A stretch of DNA of 64,000 bases from a virus: the IMG/VR virus record IMGVR_UViG_3300045044_000009, positions 7,446 through 71,445 of that record; one strand, 5' to 3'. The translations under genes and the position numbers were made by a program. Shown here piece by piece: positions 54,379 through 63,881 of the stretch. How positions within the stretch are numbered: position 1 is the first letter of the stretch; each line of letters begins with the position of its first letter. The notes below the pieces were generated by a model that worked only from the letters and a program-made list of their open reading frames with translations, did not search any database and was not told the origin of the DNA.

Positions 54379-55622
54379 GAGGCGGTGACGATCACGTCAG
54401 CGGCCTTGCACTGCGCGACCTCGAAAATGGTGATCGGAATATTCGCCATGCCGTAGGTGGCACCGGAGTGGTCGACCGGGGTGCCGCTGGTCAGGCTGGT
54501 GATGTCATAGCTGGCGGTCGCGTTGCCGGGCAGCGCGAGGCCGGTGGTCGCATCGCAGAGGTTCGCGGGCAGCCACAGCTTCGACCAGACGACCGGCTCT
54601 CCCGATCCGAGGCCGTTGATGTAATCCGCCACCGCCTGCGAGATGCCGTTGCCGATGATGGTGCTGTAGCCCGCCCCGGCTTTCAGGGCGATGTTGACGC
54701 CGACCTGGACCACGGTGGGGATGAAGAAACCGATGTCGTGCGGCAGACCGTAATTGTCGTCCACCGTGTGACGCGTGGTGCCGTAGGTGTAGCAGCCGGG
54801 CGTCTTGTGATCGAGGATGGTCTGGCAGATCGCCACCGGATCGCCGCCCTCGACCACCATGGAGATGCTATGGGCGGGTAGCGGATCGACACCGATCGGC
54901 GGTGTGATCCCGGTGTAGTCGGTGCCGGTGTCGTTCTCATAGGGCTTGCAGGCGGTGACACCGGGCAGCGCCAGGATGGCGCCGACGATCCCCGACAGGA
55001 CGGTCATGGACGGCTCTGCGGTGCTGGTCGCCTGTCGCTGTCGCAGCGCCGCATCGCTCTCTAGCGGGGCACCGAGCACGGCGGCGGCGGGGTTCGTCAC
55101 CGCCTGCCAACCGAGGGTGACCGTGGCGATCCGGGTGATGGTATTCGGGAGCGCCTGCGTGGCACCAGGGACGGTGCATGTGCCGGTGACGGTGATCTGG
55201 CCCGAGGCGGGGATTTCGACCGCCGCAGGCAGCGCCCAGGAATTGCCAGCATCATCCTGGGCGATGCCGTTGGTGATGACGGTGTAAGCCTCGCCCGTCA
55301 GCAGAAGTTGCACTGTAGACTGGCTGGGAACCTCGCGCGCCAGTCCATTGATTTTGACCACCGACGACAGGCCGACGCCTTGTGCGGTGCTCGGGCTGAA
55401 GGAGTTGTAGACCGCGATGCAGGCGGCGTTGAGATCGCTGATCGCCAGGGCGAAGATGCCGATCATCTGCCCGTCCTGGCTGTCCGGCGTGGTCACGATG
55501 TCCTGGCCGTAGATCGCCTGGAACTGCGAAGTCAGGTAGTTGACCACCTGGACGTAGCTCGGCGCATGGATGCCGGTGGCATCGACATAGGCGGCGGTCG
55601 GGCTTCCCTGCGTGCCACTCAT
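54375..55622 (-). CDS. Baseplate J-like protein
   Basis: YGQDI...DSQDGQ...FSPSTAQG..L...ESDAALRQR...YENDTG. Confidence 0.9.
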   Translation of the reverse strand: MSGTQGSPTAAYVDATGIHAPSYVQVVNYLTSQFQAIYGQDIVTTPDSQDGQMIGIFALAISDLNAACIAVYNSFSPSTAQGVGLSSVVKINGLAREVPSQSTVQLLLTGEAYTVITNGIAQDDAGNSWALPAAVEIPASGQITVTGTCTVPGATQALPNTITRIATVTLGWQAVTNPAAAVLGAPLESDAALRQRQATSTAEPSMTVLSGIVGAILALPGVTACKPYENDTGTDYTGITPPIGVDPLPAHSISMVVEGGDPVAICQTILDHKTPGCYTYGTTRHTVDDNYGLPHDIGFFIPTVVQVGVNIALKAGAGYSTIIGNGISQAVADYINGLGSGEPVVWSKLWLPANLCDATTGLALPGNATASYDITSLTSGTPVDHSGATYGMANIPITIFEVAQCKAADVIVTAS

Positions 55623-56026
55623 CAGAAGGTGCCTGCGTCGAGGCTGTTGATGGTGAAGTCGGCGATGTAGGTGATCGGGCCGATCATGAGGTTAGCTGGC
55701 GTGCTTGTCACGTTGGTTCCGCCTGCCGGGACAAGTGCCACAGATGTCGCGAAGTTGGTCGGGCCATAGATGATCGGTGGCGGCGTCGGCGGCGGCGTCG
55801 TGGTCAACGGCATCGGTGCCTCGCGTCCGGGGACGCTGACCTGCGGCTCCTCGAATGCCATGCGCCAGCGCTGCGGCGGCGCTGGGCGGCTCTCGGCGGC
55901 CTGGACGGGTCGGAGGTGCGGGGCCGGCTCAGGAGCCGCCAGCGACCGCCTGGGCGGCGGGAACAGGGGCATCGGGTTCCTGCCGGGCACGATGACCATC
56001 GGCGATGGGGCGAGCACCGTGTTCAT
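55622..56026 (-). CDS. Pro-rich hypothetical baseplate-region protein
   Basis: In-operon ORF; C-terminus IADFTINSLDAGTF. Confidence 0.5.
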   Translation of the reverse strand: MNTVLAPSPMVIVPGRNPMPLFPPPRRSLAAPEPAPHLRPVQAAESRPAPPQRWRMAFEEPQVSVPGREAPMPLTTTPPPTPPPIIYGPTNFATSVALVPAGGTNVTSTPANLMIGPITYIADFTINSLDAGTF

Positions 56027-56598
56027 CAGAACCTCCCGCTTTCGACCCTGGTGATCTGGAAGTCGGCGATCTGCGCCTGACCGGGCTGCGAGAGGTCGGC
56101 GGGGCGCATGACGGTGCCGGTGCGCGGGATGCCCCCGCCGACCAGTCCGAGAAGCTGTGCACTCCCGCTCGGTCGCGGCAGCGGGGGCACCGTGGCCGGC
56201 AGGGCCGGGGCGATGATCTGCACGCGGGCACCGTAGGCCGTGTCTATCGTCACGGCGGCGGCGAAGGAGCGGGTGTTCGGATTGACCGCCGACGCATAGG
56301 CGGCGATCCCGGTGACGCCGAAGGTGGTCTGCACGCGCTCCTGGACCACGATGTCACGGGTCCAGCGGGTGCCGGTGCCGAGAACCTGGGCGGCCCAGGG
56401 AGTGCCCTCCGTGAGGTCGGCGAACCACTGCCCGGTCCAGAGCATCAACCGGGTGTAGACGCTCTGGCCGACACCCTCTGGCTGATTGATGAAGAAGTCG
56501 CCCTGGCCCCTGCCGAAGCTATAGTCGCCAGTGCCGGGTTCCAGCTTGCGATAGCGCATGGCTATTGCCTCACTGCGGCGGGTCCGTGGTGGCGGCAC
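56026..56598 (-). CDS. Baseplate wedge initiator (gp25/gp46-like) with C-terminal extension
   Basis: MRYRKL...GDYSFG...RLMLWTGQWFADLTEGTPW. Confidence 0.75.
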   Translation of the reverse strand: MPPPRTRRSEAIAMRYRKLEPGTGDYSFGRGQGDFFINQPEGVGQSVYTRLMLWTGQWFADLTEGTPWAAQVLGTGTRWTRDIVVQERVQTTFGVTGIAAYASAVNPNTRSFAAAVTIDTAYGARVQIIAPALPATVPPLPRPSGSAQLLGLVGGGIPRTGTVMRPADLSQPGQAQIADFQITRVESGRF

Positions 56599-57412
56599 CG
56601 CGAACGATGCCGGTGTGGACGTGGTGCGCGCCAGACTTTCCAGCGGCTACGACATCGGTGTCCGCGGTGACGGTCTCGGTGGCATGCAAGTTGCCGATAA
56701 GATCGACGGCGTTGGACGCGTTGTTCTGGTTGTTCACGGTCAGATAGCCGGTGATCTCTACGATCGGTGCATCCAGCACGACGCGGAGCGGCGCGGTCAC
56801 CGTGATCTGGTTCTTGCTCATGTCCATATCGACCACCAGCGTGCCGTCGTCACTGCGTAGCTGGCAGGTGCCGGAACTGGCTGGTGGCGTGCTGCCGCGA
56901 AGCTGCCCGCTGCCGCCGAGGACGCGCTTCTGGCTGCGCACGCCCATGACCACGAAGGCGTCGGTGATGTCGTGCATACGCCAGTCGGACGGCGACTGCG
57001 TGCCACCGTGCGCGAACCAATTGTCGATCGAGCGCTCGGAGAAGCAGATCAGGCATTCATCGCCAGCGGCGACCGGGAATGTCAGGATGTAGCCACCGCC
57101 CTGCGGGAAGTGGACCGGGCAGTCCTGGATCGGCTTGATGTCGAAGGACGTGCGTTTGCCGTTCTTGTTGAGTTGGATGGCCTTGATCGCCGGCTGCACC
57201 GTCGCCGTCATCTTCGCGGCGTTGTAGCTGACGATGTATCCCGGCATCGACGTGTGGGTCTGCGCCTGTCTGCCATCCATTGCCGCCTGGAGCACCTCGA
57301 TGTCGTGCGGAAACCGCTCGCGATCATCGAAGGCGTCCTGGCTGGTGCTCTGGTTCTTGGCGGTGACGACCGTATCGTTCATGGCGACGGTGATCCGGGG
57401 AAGGGGATCCAA
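56570..57412 (-). CDS. Baseplate central spike (Gp138-like)
   Basis: PGYIVSY..ATVQP...PVHFPQGGG...GDECL..FSERSID.W; C-terminal HHVH metal-binding apex. Confidence 0.85.
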   Translation of the reverse strand: MDPLPRITVAMNDTVVTAKNQSTSQDAFDDRERFPHDIEVLQAAMDGRQAQTHTSMPGYIVSYNAAKMTATVQPAIKAIQLNKNGKRTSFDIKPIQDCPVHFPQGGGYILTFPVAAGDECLICFSERSIDNWFAHGGTQSPSDWRMHDITDAFVVMGVRSQKRVLGGSGQLRGSTPPASSGTCQLRSDDGTLVVDMDMSKNQITVTAPLRVVLDAPIVEITGYLTVNNQNNASNAVDLIGNLHATETVTADTDVVAAGKSGAHHVHTGIVRGAATTDPPQ

Positions 57413-57726
57413 TAGAGATGCCCACCGGGCACCGTGCCGAGGGTGGTGAAACCCGGCACCGCATCGGGGAAGCCGTCCGACTGCACCACCAGCGCGCCGC
57501 CAAATTCCAGATAGCGATACTGCGCCAGCAGATCGGCTCCGGTGACCAGCGGCACCCCGCAGAGGATGGGCACCCCGGCAGCGTCGGCGAAGTCCACGAC
57601 CCAGCCGCCCATGCCGATCTGGCTGTCGCGATAGCTGAAGGTCAGCGTCAGACGATTGCCCGCTAGCGTGATCGGGAAGACCTGCGGCTGTCCTGTCAGC
57701 GGTATCTCATAGATCGAACCGCTCAA
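57379..57726 (-). CDS. Baseplate plug / tail-tip small protein (DUF6983-like)
   Basis: IYEIPL...GVPLVTGADLLAQY.YL..GG.L.V. Confidence 0.7.
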   Translation of the reverse strand: MSGSIYEIPLTGQPQVFPITLAGNRLTLTFSYRDSQIGMGGWVVDFADAAGVPILCGVPLVTGADLLAQYRYLEFGGALVVQSDGFPDAVPGFTTLGTVPGGHLYWIPFPGSPSP

Positions 57727-58547
57727 TCATTGCCTCCGCCGAAGATGCCACGGAAAATCGTGCCAAGCGTGCCGCCCATCGGCAGTTTGCCCTGACTGCC
57801 TCCCGTGGCATGCAGGATGCTCTCGGGCTGGGTCTGGCCGGTGCTCTCGGGCGATTGCGTCTGGCTGGGCTTGCTCTGGTTGCTGCTCGCGGGCTGCTGC
57901 GTCGTGCTCGCCTGGGCGAACATGATCTCCTGCATCCTGACTTCGAGGATACAGGCGTATTCCGTGTGATGGTCGTTGCGCACGGAGATGTTGGTGATCA
58001 CCATCGCCGGATAGGTGCGCTTGCCCGCCGTCAGTTGGAACGGCTTCACCGACCCGACCGGGCTGGTCTGGTTCTGCGTGACGTTCGTGGTGTATTGCAG
58101 ATCCAGGAGCTTCTTATACATCTCCTTGGCGCGCTGCTCGGTCGCAGAACTCCATAGGCTCTGTCCCGCCGACAGCAAGCCGCTGCCGATGTCACCTGTC
58201 GAGATGCCGGTGGAGATGCCCGTGCTGATCGCGCTGCCGATCGCCCCCGAATTCGAGAACCCGATCCGCATCGTGCATTGGCTCGGCTGACGGAACGCAT
58301 GGTCGTTCATCGGCGAGCCGGTGGCGACCGGATGTGACGTGACTTCCAGCCGATCCTCGAAATTCTCCTCGATCGTTACATCCGGGATGATGGACCCGAT
58401 GCTGCGGGGCTGGCGGATGAAGGCGAGTGCCTGCCCGAGCAGGCTGTCCGTGCCGACCTGCTGGGCGACAGCGGGGAGCGCCTGCAAGCCGATATTGGTG
58501 AGCGTGCTGCCTGCGCCGCCGAACGCACCGGAGATCAGCCCGCTCAT
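57723..58547 (-). CDS. Tail tube initiator / Dit-like baseplate protein
   Basis: EENFEDRLEVTSHPVATG..MNDHAF...YPAMVITNI. Confidence 0.7.
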   Translation of the reverse strand: MSGLISGAFGGAGSTLTNIGLQALPAVAQQVGTDSLLGQALAFIRQPRSIGSIIPDVTIEENFEDRLEVTSHPVATGSPMNDHAFRQPSQCTMRIGFSNSGAIGSAISTGISTGISTGDIGSGLLSAGQSLWSSATEQRAKEMYKKLLDLQYTTNVTQNQTSPVGSVKPFQLTAGKRTYPAMVITNISVRNDHHTEYACILEVRMQEIMFAQASTTQQPASSNQSKPSQTQSPESTGQTQPESILHATGGSQGKLPMGGTLGTIFRGIFGGGND

Positions 58548-60712
58548 CGGACAGCCTGTCGCAGACTGCGGACCTGTTCGCGATTGACCTGGGTCTGCTT
58601 ATCAGCCACCGCCGTCGCCGTCGAAGGCGCATTCGGGCCGTGCTGAAGGTTGATATTAGTGTTGTTGTTCTGCACCACCTGAGAACCCTTGCCACCGACG
58701 CCGCTGACCGGAGCTACACTCGGCATCGCGGTAAGCGGCCCATAGCGTGCCACGTGACCAGGGCCATACTTTTCCAATCCGGGATCGCCGCCGCTCTCGC
58801 CTTCATGAAAGACGGTCCAGGCTTTCTCCTGCCCGTGCGCGCGTGCCAGATGTTCCCAGATGCGACGATACTGCGGGCTATGGCTTTCCTCCCACCAGAA
58901 CGCCAACTGCGTATCCAGCTTGCGGATATCCATGTGATGCTCTGCGGCGAATTTGCGCAGCGCAGCGAGGCGTGGGCCGATCCACTGCATGAGACCGTAG
59001 GCCCGACTGCTTGCTTCGTTGTAGCCGCCACCGCCCGAGGTGATGTCGGGCCGCAGACCGCTTTCAGCTTCCCAATTGCTGACCCAGGCGGCAGCATCCT
59101 CCTTGGACAGCCCGTATTTGCTTTGCAGGATACCCATGACCTCGGCTTCTTTCGCCGGGTCGCCTGATGGGCCAACGCCACCAGCGCCTTGGAACAACCG
59201 ACCGACGATGCCCTGCGGCTGCTGCACCGATCCGGTCGTCGGGTCCATCTCGCTCTGGTTCTGGAAGATCGATTTGAGGAAGTCCCAGAAGCCCTCCGCG
59301 CCCTCCTTCAGGACCTCCTGCACCTCCTTGTTGGTGAACAGCCATTCGCCCGCCTTGTAGATCAGTGCCGCAATGGCTGCGCCGATCAGTATCTCGCCGA
59401 CACCGGATGCGAAGGCCGCGACACCCGTGCCCGCAGCAAGCGCGCCACCAGCCGCCGCGCCCGCTCTTCTTGCGGCGACGCCGCCGAGCAGACGACCGAG
59501 GCCACCGAGACCGAGCGCCCCGCCGACGCGACCGAGGATGCCGCCGATCATCCGGAAGAAACCGCGCGGGCCGAAGATCAGCATGCCCCACAGCGCGATG
59601 TTCTCCAGGTGCCCGGCGACCTTCTCCAACCAACCGAGCCACCCGTCATCCGGCTTCGACTTGAACGCCTTGTCAAAGGCGCTCCAATCGAACATCGATT
59701 TGCCCTTCTGCTGCCAGACCATGTAATCGTCCAACAACAAGAGCAGCATCGACAGCGCGGCGATCGTTTTGCCGAACGGGGTGCGTAGGAGCGCAAGGCC
59801 GAGCAGAGCGATGGCATCGAAGACGTATTTCAGCCCGGTCGGTAGTCGCTCGAACCACGTCAGCATGCGGTCGAAGACGCTGGCCGCGACATCCAGCAGC
59901 CGGAAGAACATGCCCACGAGATCAGCCATGATCCGCAGGAAGTCACGGATCGTCGGCATGTGCTTCTGGATGAGTTCAAACCAGTGCTGGAAGACCGGGA
60001 TCAACTGGTTGAATAGCTGCGCCCCGAAATACTGGCGCATCGCCGAGAACATGATGCCGAATTCCCGGAAGACGTGCATCATCTTCTCGGCCTGTTCGGA
60101 CCATGTCTTCATCCAGCTATCGACGCCGCCGGCACCGACACCGAAAACGTTGCCGCGTATGCCTCGGGCCTCTTCTTCCTCTCGGGCGAACCTCCCCGTC
60201 GCCAGTCGCAGACCGAGTTCAGGCGAGATGCCCATGCGCTGCTCCCAGCGCAGCGCCAGCCAGTAATTCGGATTGTTGGGATCGGCCCCGCCCATGCGGG
60301 CCAGGATCGGACCGAGTTGCCGTAGCTGCCCGACCGTATCGGTCGCGGTGACGCCGAGGCCGCGCATCAATGACTGCGCAGCAGGCCCCATGTAGCGCGT
60401 CCAATTGCTGAAGCCTGCGAGACTGGCATTGGCGGCATCGGTGGACATGCCGAGCAGTTGCAGAGCATCGGAGGCGGCCATCAGGTCGCCAACGCTCTGG
60501 CCCATCTGCTGACCCATCCAATACCATTTCTCGCCGGTCTCAGCGAGCTTCTTGGTCAACTCCGTCAGGCCACCGATCAGCGTGGCGATTTCGAGGTTGA
60601 TGCCGAGCGCCGAATGGGCGAAGTGCTTTAGACCTTCGAGGAACTTGTTCTCGGACGCCTTATCGACGACGTATTTAACCGATACGAGATATTCTTCGAG
60701 GATGTTTGCCAT
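58544..60712 (-). CDS. Tape measure protein with C-terminal phage-tail-lysozyme domain
   Basis: Helical, Ala/Gly-rich with hydrophobic stretches; AAAWVSNWEAESG...AYGLMQW..PR...LDTQLAF. Confidence 0.85.
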   Translation of the reverse strand: MANILEEYLVSVKYVVDKASENKFLEGLKHFAHSALGINLEIATLIGGLTELTKKLAETGEKWYWMGQQMGQSVGDLMAASDALQLLGMSTDAANASLAGFSNWTRYMGPAAQSLMRGLGVTATDTVGQLRQLGPILARMGGADPNNPNYWLALRWEQRMGISPELGLRLATGRFAREEEEARGIRGNVFGVGAGGVDSWMKTWSEQAEKMMHVFREFGIMFSAMRQYFGAQLFNQLIPVFQHWFELIQKHMPTIRDFLRIMADLVGMFFRLLDVAASVFDRMLTWFERLPTGLKYVFDAIALLGLALLRTPFGKTIAALSMLLLLLDDYMVWQQKGKSMFDWSAFDKAFKSKPDDGWLGWLEKVAGHLENIALWGMLIFGPRGFFRMIGGILGRVGGALGLGGLGRLLGGVAARRAGAAAGGALAAGTGVAAFASGVGEILIGAAIAALIYKAGEWLFTNKEVQEVLKEGAEGFWDFLKSIFQNQSEMDPTTGSVQQPQGIVGRLFQGAGGVGPSGDPAKEAEVMGILQSKYGLSKEDAAAWVSNWEAESGLRPDITSGGGGYNEASSRAYGLMQWIGPRLAALRKFAAEHHMDIRKLDTQLAFWWEESHSPQYRRIWEHLARAHGQEKAWTVFHEGESGGDPGLEKYGPGHVARYGPLTAMPSVAPVSGVGGKGSQVVQNNNTNINLQHGPNAPSTATAVADKQTQVNREQVRSLRQAVR

Positions 60713-61737
60713 CAGCCACCTCCTCCCGGCGGCACGATGGGATTGGTCACGATGTCTGTATACCAGGGCTGCCCGCGATTATCGCCGTGGTGATGCACCG
60801 AGTAGACGCCATATTTGCCGTCGTCCTCGACCGGCGCTGTGGCGGACAATTCAGCCACGGTGTCGGCATCCGGGCTGACCGATGAGCCGTCGCTTTTCTG
60901 AACCTGCTTGATGATGTCCTTGTTGTTGATCCGGATGGTCATGCCGGGACGGATCTGATAGTGCAGCAGGCATTGCACATGCAGACCTTGGCCGATTTCC
61001 TGCGATGGGATGTTGATCAGGCCGTTGCCGATGTTCAGTTCGATGTCGCTGGTGGACAGTTGCTCGCCGGGGCCGAGCATGTAGAGTTTGCCGCCGTCGA
61101 TGAAGCAGCGCGCATCCAAGGTCTGCGAGAGGTCGCGCAGGATGTCCATCGGCATGCCGTAGAGCGTGCGACCACGCGGATCGGCGGGCATGTTTTTGGC
61201 GAGAGCGGTGATCTGCCCCTTGGTCACACCGTAGGGTGCCATCACCGCCAGGACGGCGTTGATCACGTCCTCCCCGGTGCTACCGGCGGGCAGCGCATGA
61301 TTGACCGGGGTCCAATTATAGATTTGGTCCTTTGTCGCAGCGAAGATTTCCAACACGGTATCGACCGGACTGGACTTGCCCTTCTTGAAGTAGGTGATGG
61401 TGCCGCTGAATAGCTCGCCGTAGCGTGCCTTCTCGTAGCCGCCATAGAGCGAGACGCTGCTGTATTGCTGAAGCACGTCCTTGACCAGCAATTCCGGCGG
61501 CGGGTTATGGACCACCATGTGCGCGGTCTGGAAGGTCTGCATGCAGGCGAGATTGACATCGAATTGGATGTGGAAATTCGCCAGCGATGTCGCATCGGCC
61601 TCGGTCTTCTCACCGCTGTCGGTCGCGATCACCAAGTCCCAACGGCGCATCCACAGCGCGGACGGCGGCGGGGGATCGCGCTTCGCGGTGACGACGGTTT
61701 CCGGCAGGGTGGCGTTGACATCGCTATTGTCGGTCAT
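60712..61737 (-). CDS. Baseplate hub protein
   Basis: FHIQFDV...VVHNPP...LYGGY..LFSGTI...G.Y.VYSVHHHGDNRGQPWYT. Confidence 0.75.
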   Translation of the reverse strand: MTDNSDVNATLPETVVTAKRDPPPPSALWMRRWDLVIATDSGEKTEADATSLANFHIQFDVNLACMQTFQTAHMVVHNPPPELLVKDVLQQYSSVSLYGGYEKARYGELFSGTITYFKKGKSSPVDTVLEIFAATKDQIYNWTPVNHALPAGSTGEDVINAVLAVMAPYGVTKGQITALAKNMPADPRGRTLYGMPMDILRDLSQTLDARCFIDGGKLYMLGPGEQLSTSDIELNIGNGLINIPSQEIGQGLHVQCLLHYQIRPGMTIRINNKDIIKQVQKSDGSSVSPDADTVAELSATAPVEDDGKYGVYSVHHHGDNRGQPWYTDIVTNPIVPPGGGG

Positions 61738-61991
61738 CGGTCACGGTTCCGCTCCTGCCATTCATGGAGACGATATTCGTTTTCGTCGGTAACGTTCAGA
61801 GCGTCGTTGGCGACCAGGACGTATTCGAGGTCTAGCGTGCCATCCAGCAGGCTCTCCATGCGATAGACGCCGCGTATCGCCGGTCGCATGAGATACATTT
61901 CGCCGTCATCTAAGGAGACGAACTCAATGTCTGGAGTTCGGTCTGGACCTCGTTGCCGACCCCCTCCGGCAAGACGCCGAAGAAAAAACCC
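61734..61991 (-). CDS. Tail assembly chaperone C-terminal (-1 frameshift) segment
   Basis: The -1 frame is open from slippery G GGT TTT (61991-61985) to TGA at 61734; encodes YLMRP..RG...LLDGTLDL..V..ANDAL.V. Confidence 0.65.
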   Translation of the reverse strand, partial: GFFLRRLAGGGRQRGPDRTPDIEFVSLDDGEMYLMRPAIRGVYRMESLLDGTLDLEYVLVANDALNVTDENEYRLHEWQERNRDR

Positions 61992-62422
61992 GTCAGATTG
62001 TCCTGCAAGACCTCATTGCAGATACGCATGAGCGTCGGCAGGTTGTCGATGTCGTCGAACATGATCCGGTTCGCCCTGGGGTTCCACACATCGGCCCAGG
62101 TGGCTGCCGAGCCGTTGGCCCCTGATAGCCTCTGGGTCATTTGCAGGCACATTTGCAGGACGTAGTTACAGTCCTCATCGGTGACGTGACTGAGCGCGCG
62201 GGCGAACGGCTTCGCCACCACCAGGAAACCCTTCAGTCCATCCAGCCCGGTCGTAGCGTCGTCCTGGCGCGTCGCCTGCGCCGCTTCCAGGGCCTCCCGT
62301 AGCTCCTCGTTGGTAAAGACTTCCGAGATCACCGGAGCCAGCCTGCGAGCGCAGTGGAACTGCTGGAAGGCATTCATCTTGCGCGCCCGGTAGTTATGCG
62401 CGCCCACCTTGAACTCGATCAT
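61910..62422 (-). CDS. Tail assembly chaperone
   Basis: YRARKMNAFQQFHCARRLAP...VLQDNLTGFF; directly after the tube gene. Confidence 0.8.
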   Translation of the reverse strand: MIEFKVGAHNYRARKMNAFQQFHCARRLAPVISEVFTNEELREALEAAQATRQDDATTGLDGLKGFLVVAKPFARALSHVTDEDCNYVLQMCLQMTQRLSGANGSAATWADVWNPRANRIMFDDIDNLPTLMRICNEVLQDNLTGFFFGVLPEGVGNEVQTELQTLSSSP

Positions 62423-62424
62423 GA

Positions 62425-62883
62425 TCAGTTACCTGTGCCGTCTCCGAGGATGTGATTGATCGCACCGCAATCGAATACCCATTCGAGTATGCCGCCGTCC
62501 TTCGCGTAGGCGATATTCGGTGCCCTCTGGATCGCGACACCGCTGCAAGTGATCGTATCGCCACGTGCCGGATCAGATACCTGGATGGTGTTCTGGCCCC
62601 ACAGCGCCGACGACACCCGCTGCGTGTCATAGAGTTGCATGAGCATCTGATTGGTCGGCGAGGTCTTCAGGAACCGGATGGTCGCCGTGCCACCGTTGCC
62701 TGCGTGCAGGCTGTGCATCCATGAGCCGTCTGCGCCCATGGTCATCGTGTTCTTCGGTTCCAGCATCGCGACGGTGATGCCCTCTTCGGCATTGGCGCTG
62801 CCGTAGCCAAGTGCGAAGGAGCCGCCCGGCCCGACGATCGAGGCGGTGACATCCATGAACGAGTATGTGCTGCCGGTTGCCAT
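62425..62883 (-). CDS. Tail tube protein (DUF3277)
   Basis: TYSFMDV.A...AEEGI..AM...KNTMT.GADG..MHSL...LLKTSP.N. Confidence 0.9.
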   Translation of the reverse strand: MATGSTYSFMDVTASIVGPGGSFALGYGSANAEEGITVAMLEPKNTMTMGADGSWMHSLHAGNGGTATIRFLKTSPTNQMLMQLYDTQRVSSALWGQNTIQVSDPARGDTITCSGVAIQRAPNIAYAKDGGILEWVFDCGAINHILGDGTGN

Positions 62884-63065
62884 CAGGGCTTCCTTTCAGG
62901 AGCAGGACCGATTGTGACATGGTTTGGGTCCGCGACGACAGGTTCAGGATCGCAGAAGACCCGGACGTTCCACCCGAAAATGTAGCAGATAGAGTGCCCT
63001 GGCGGAGCAGAGCAGGCTGTCAGAGACAGCAGCGCCGCCCACAGCCATAGCCATGAGCGGCGCAT
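62883..63065 (-). CDS. Small putative lipoprotein
   Basis: MRRSWLWLWAALLSLTAC lipobox; Pro-rich mature part. Confidence 0.55.
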   Translation of the reverse strand: MRRSWLWLWAALLSLTACSAPPGHSICYIFGWNVRVFCDPEPVVADPNHVTIGPAPERKP

Positions 63066-63080
63066 GAAGGTCAGTCTAGA

Positions 63081-63704
63081 TTACTTGTGCGGGGTCGGGT
63101 GCTCGCCTTCGGGTAGCTGCGAGCCGACCGGGATGACGACATAGCCCACGCCCGGCACCCAGACAACGATCATGCCTGGATTGCCCGGAGGTGCCGGATC
63201 ACCCGGAGGCGGGATCACGATGGGATGCGAGGGAATGCCAACGATAGGATGCGTCGGATACACCGGAGCATCGCCGCCCGGAGGATTGTAGATCGGGTGC
63301 TCAGGCTTACCGCCAGAAGGAGGCGGCTCGACAATCGGATGCGTCGGCTGCCCTGGCGGTGGCGTCGGCTGGATCGGATGCGTCGGCTGACCCGGAGGCG
63401 TCCCACCGGACGGCGGCTGCTCGCCACCCTCACCAGGAGGCACGATAGGATGTGCTGGGTGCGGTGGCTTCGGCCAGATACCCACGGGCGGATCAGGCGG
63501 CAGCACGATGGGATGACCTGGCAGGATCGGCCAGATCATATCGGGCGGCGGCGGGATCGGCGGCAGGACGATCGGATGGCCCGGCGAAGGCGGGATCGGG
63601 TGGGTCGGATACCCTGGCGATCCTCCTCCTGGCGGGACTATCGGCCCGCCGCCGACCTCCGGCAGATGGACCTTGCCGACGATAACGGCATCGAAGGTAG
63701 GCAT
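63081..63704 (-). CDS. Pro-rich PxHPI-repeat protein
   Basis: Probable start MPTFDA at 63704 after AAGGA; nine P-x-H-P-I repeats. Confidence 0.7.
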   Translation of the reverse strand: MPTFDAVIVGKVHLPEVGGGPIVPPGGGSPGYPTHPIPPSPGHPIVLPPIPPPPDMIWPILPGHPIVLPPDPPVGIWPKPPHPAHPIVPPGEGGEQPPSGGTPPGQPTHPIQPTPPPGQPTHPIVEPPPSGGKPEHPIYNPPGGDAPVYPTHPIVGIPSHPIVIPPPGDPAPPGNPGMIVVWVPGVGYVVIPVGSQLPEGEHPTPHK

Positions 63705-63755
63705 ACAGGTTCCTTTCAGTTGGTGATGCGTCAGTGCCGCGTGTAGCATGGATGC

Positions 63756-63881
63756 ATGGAGCGTGTCTCGGTCTCTCTCACGACCCAACAGTTGGCATGG
63801 CTCCGCAAGGAGGCGAAGCGGCTCGGGATCAGTATCGGAGAGCTTTTGCGCCGCCTCATAGATCAGTCGAGGAGCAGATGA
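63756..63881 (+). CDS. Ribbon-helix-helix (CopG-like) protein
   Basis: Read by eye: MERVSVSLTTQQLAWLRKEAKRLGISIGELLRRLIDQSRSR. Confidence 0.7.
   Translation: MERVSVSLTTQQLAWLRKEAKRLGISIGELLRRLIDQSRSR

Noticed and set aside
62883-63065. Lysis cassette (o-spanin) call for the small lipoprotein
   Set aside because: No adjacent i-spanin, holin or endolysin in the window; kept only as a putative lipoprotein.
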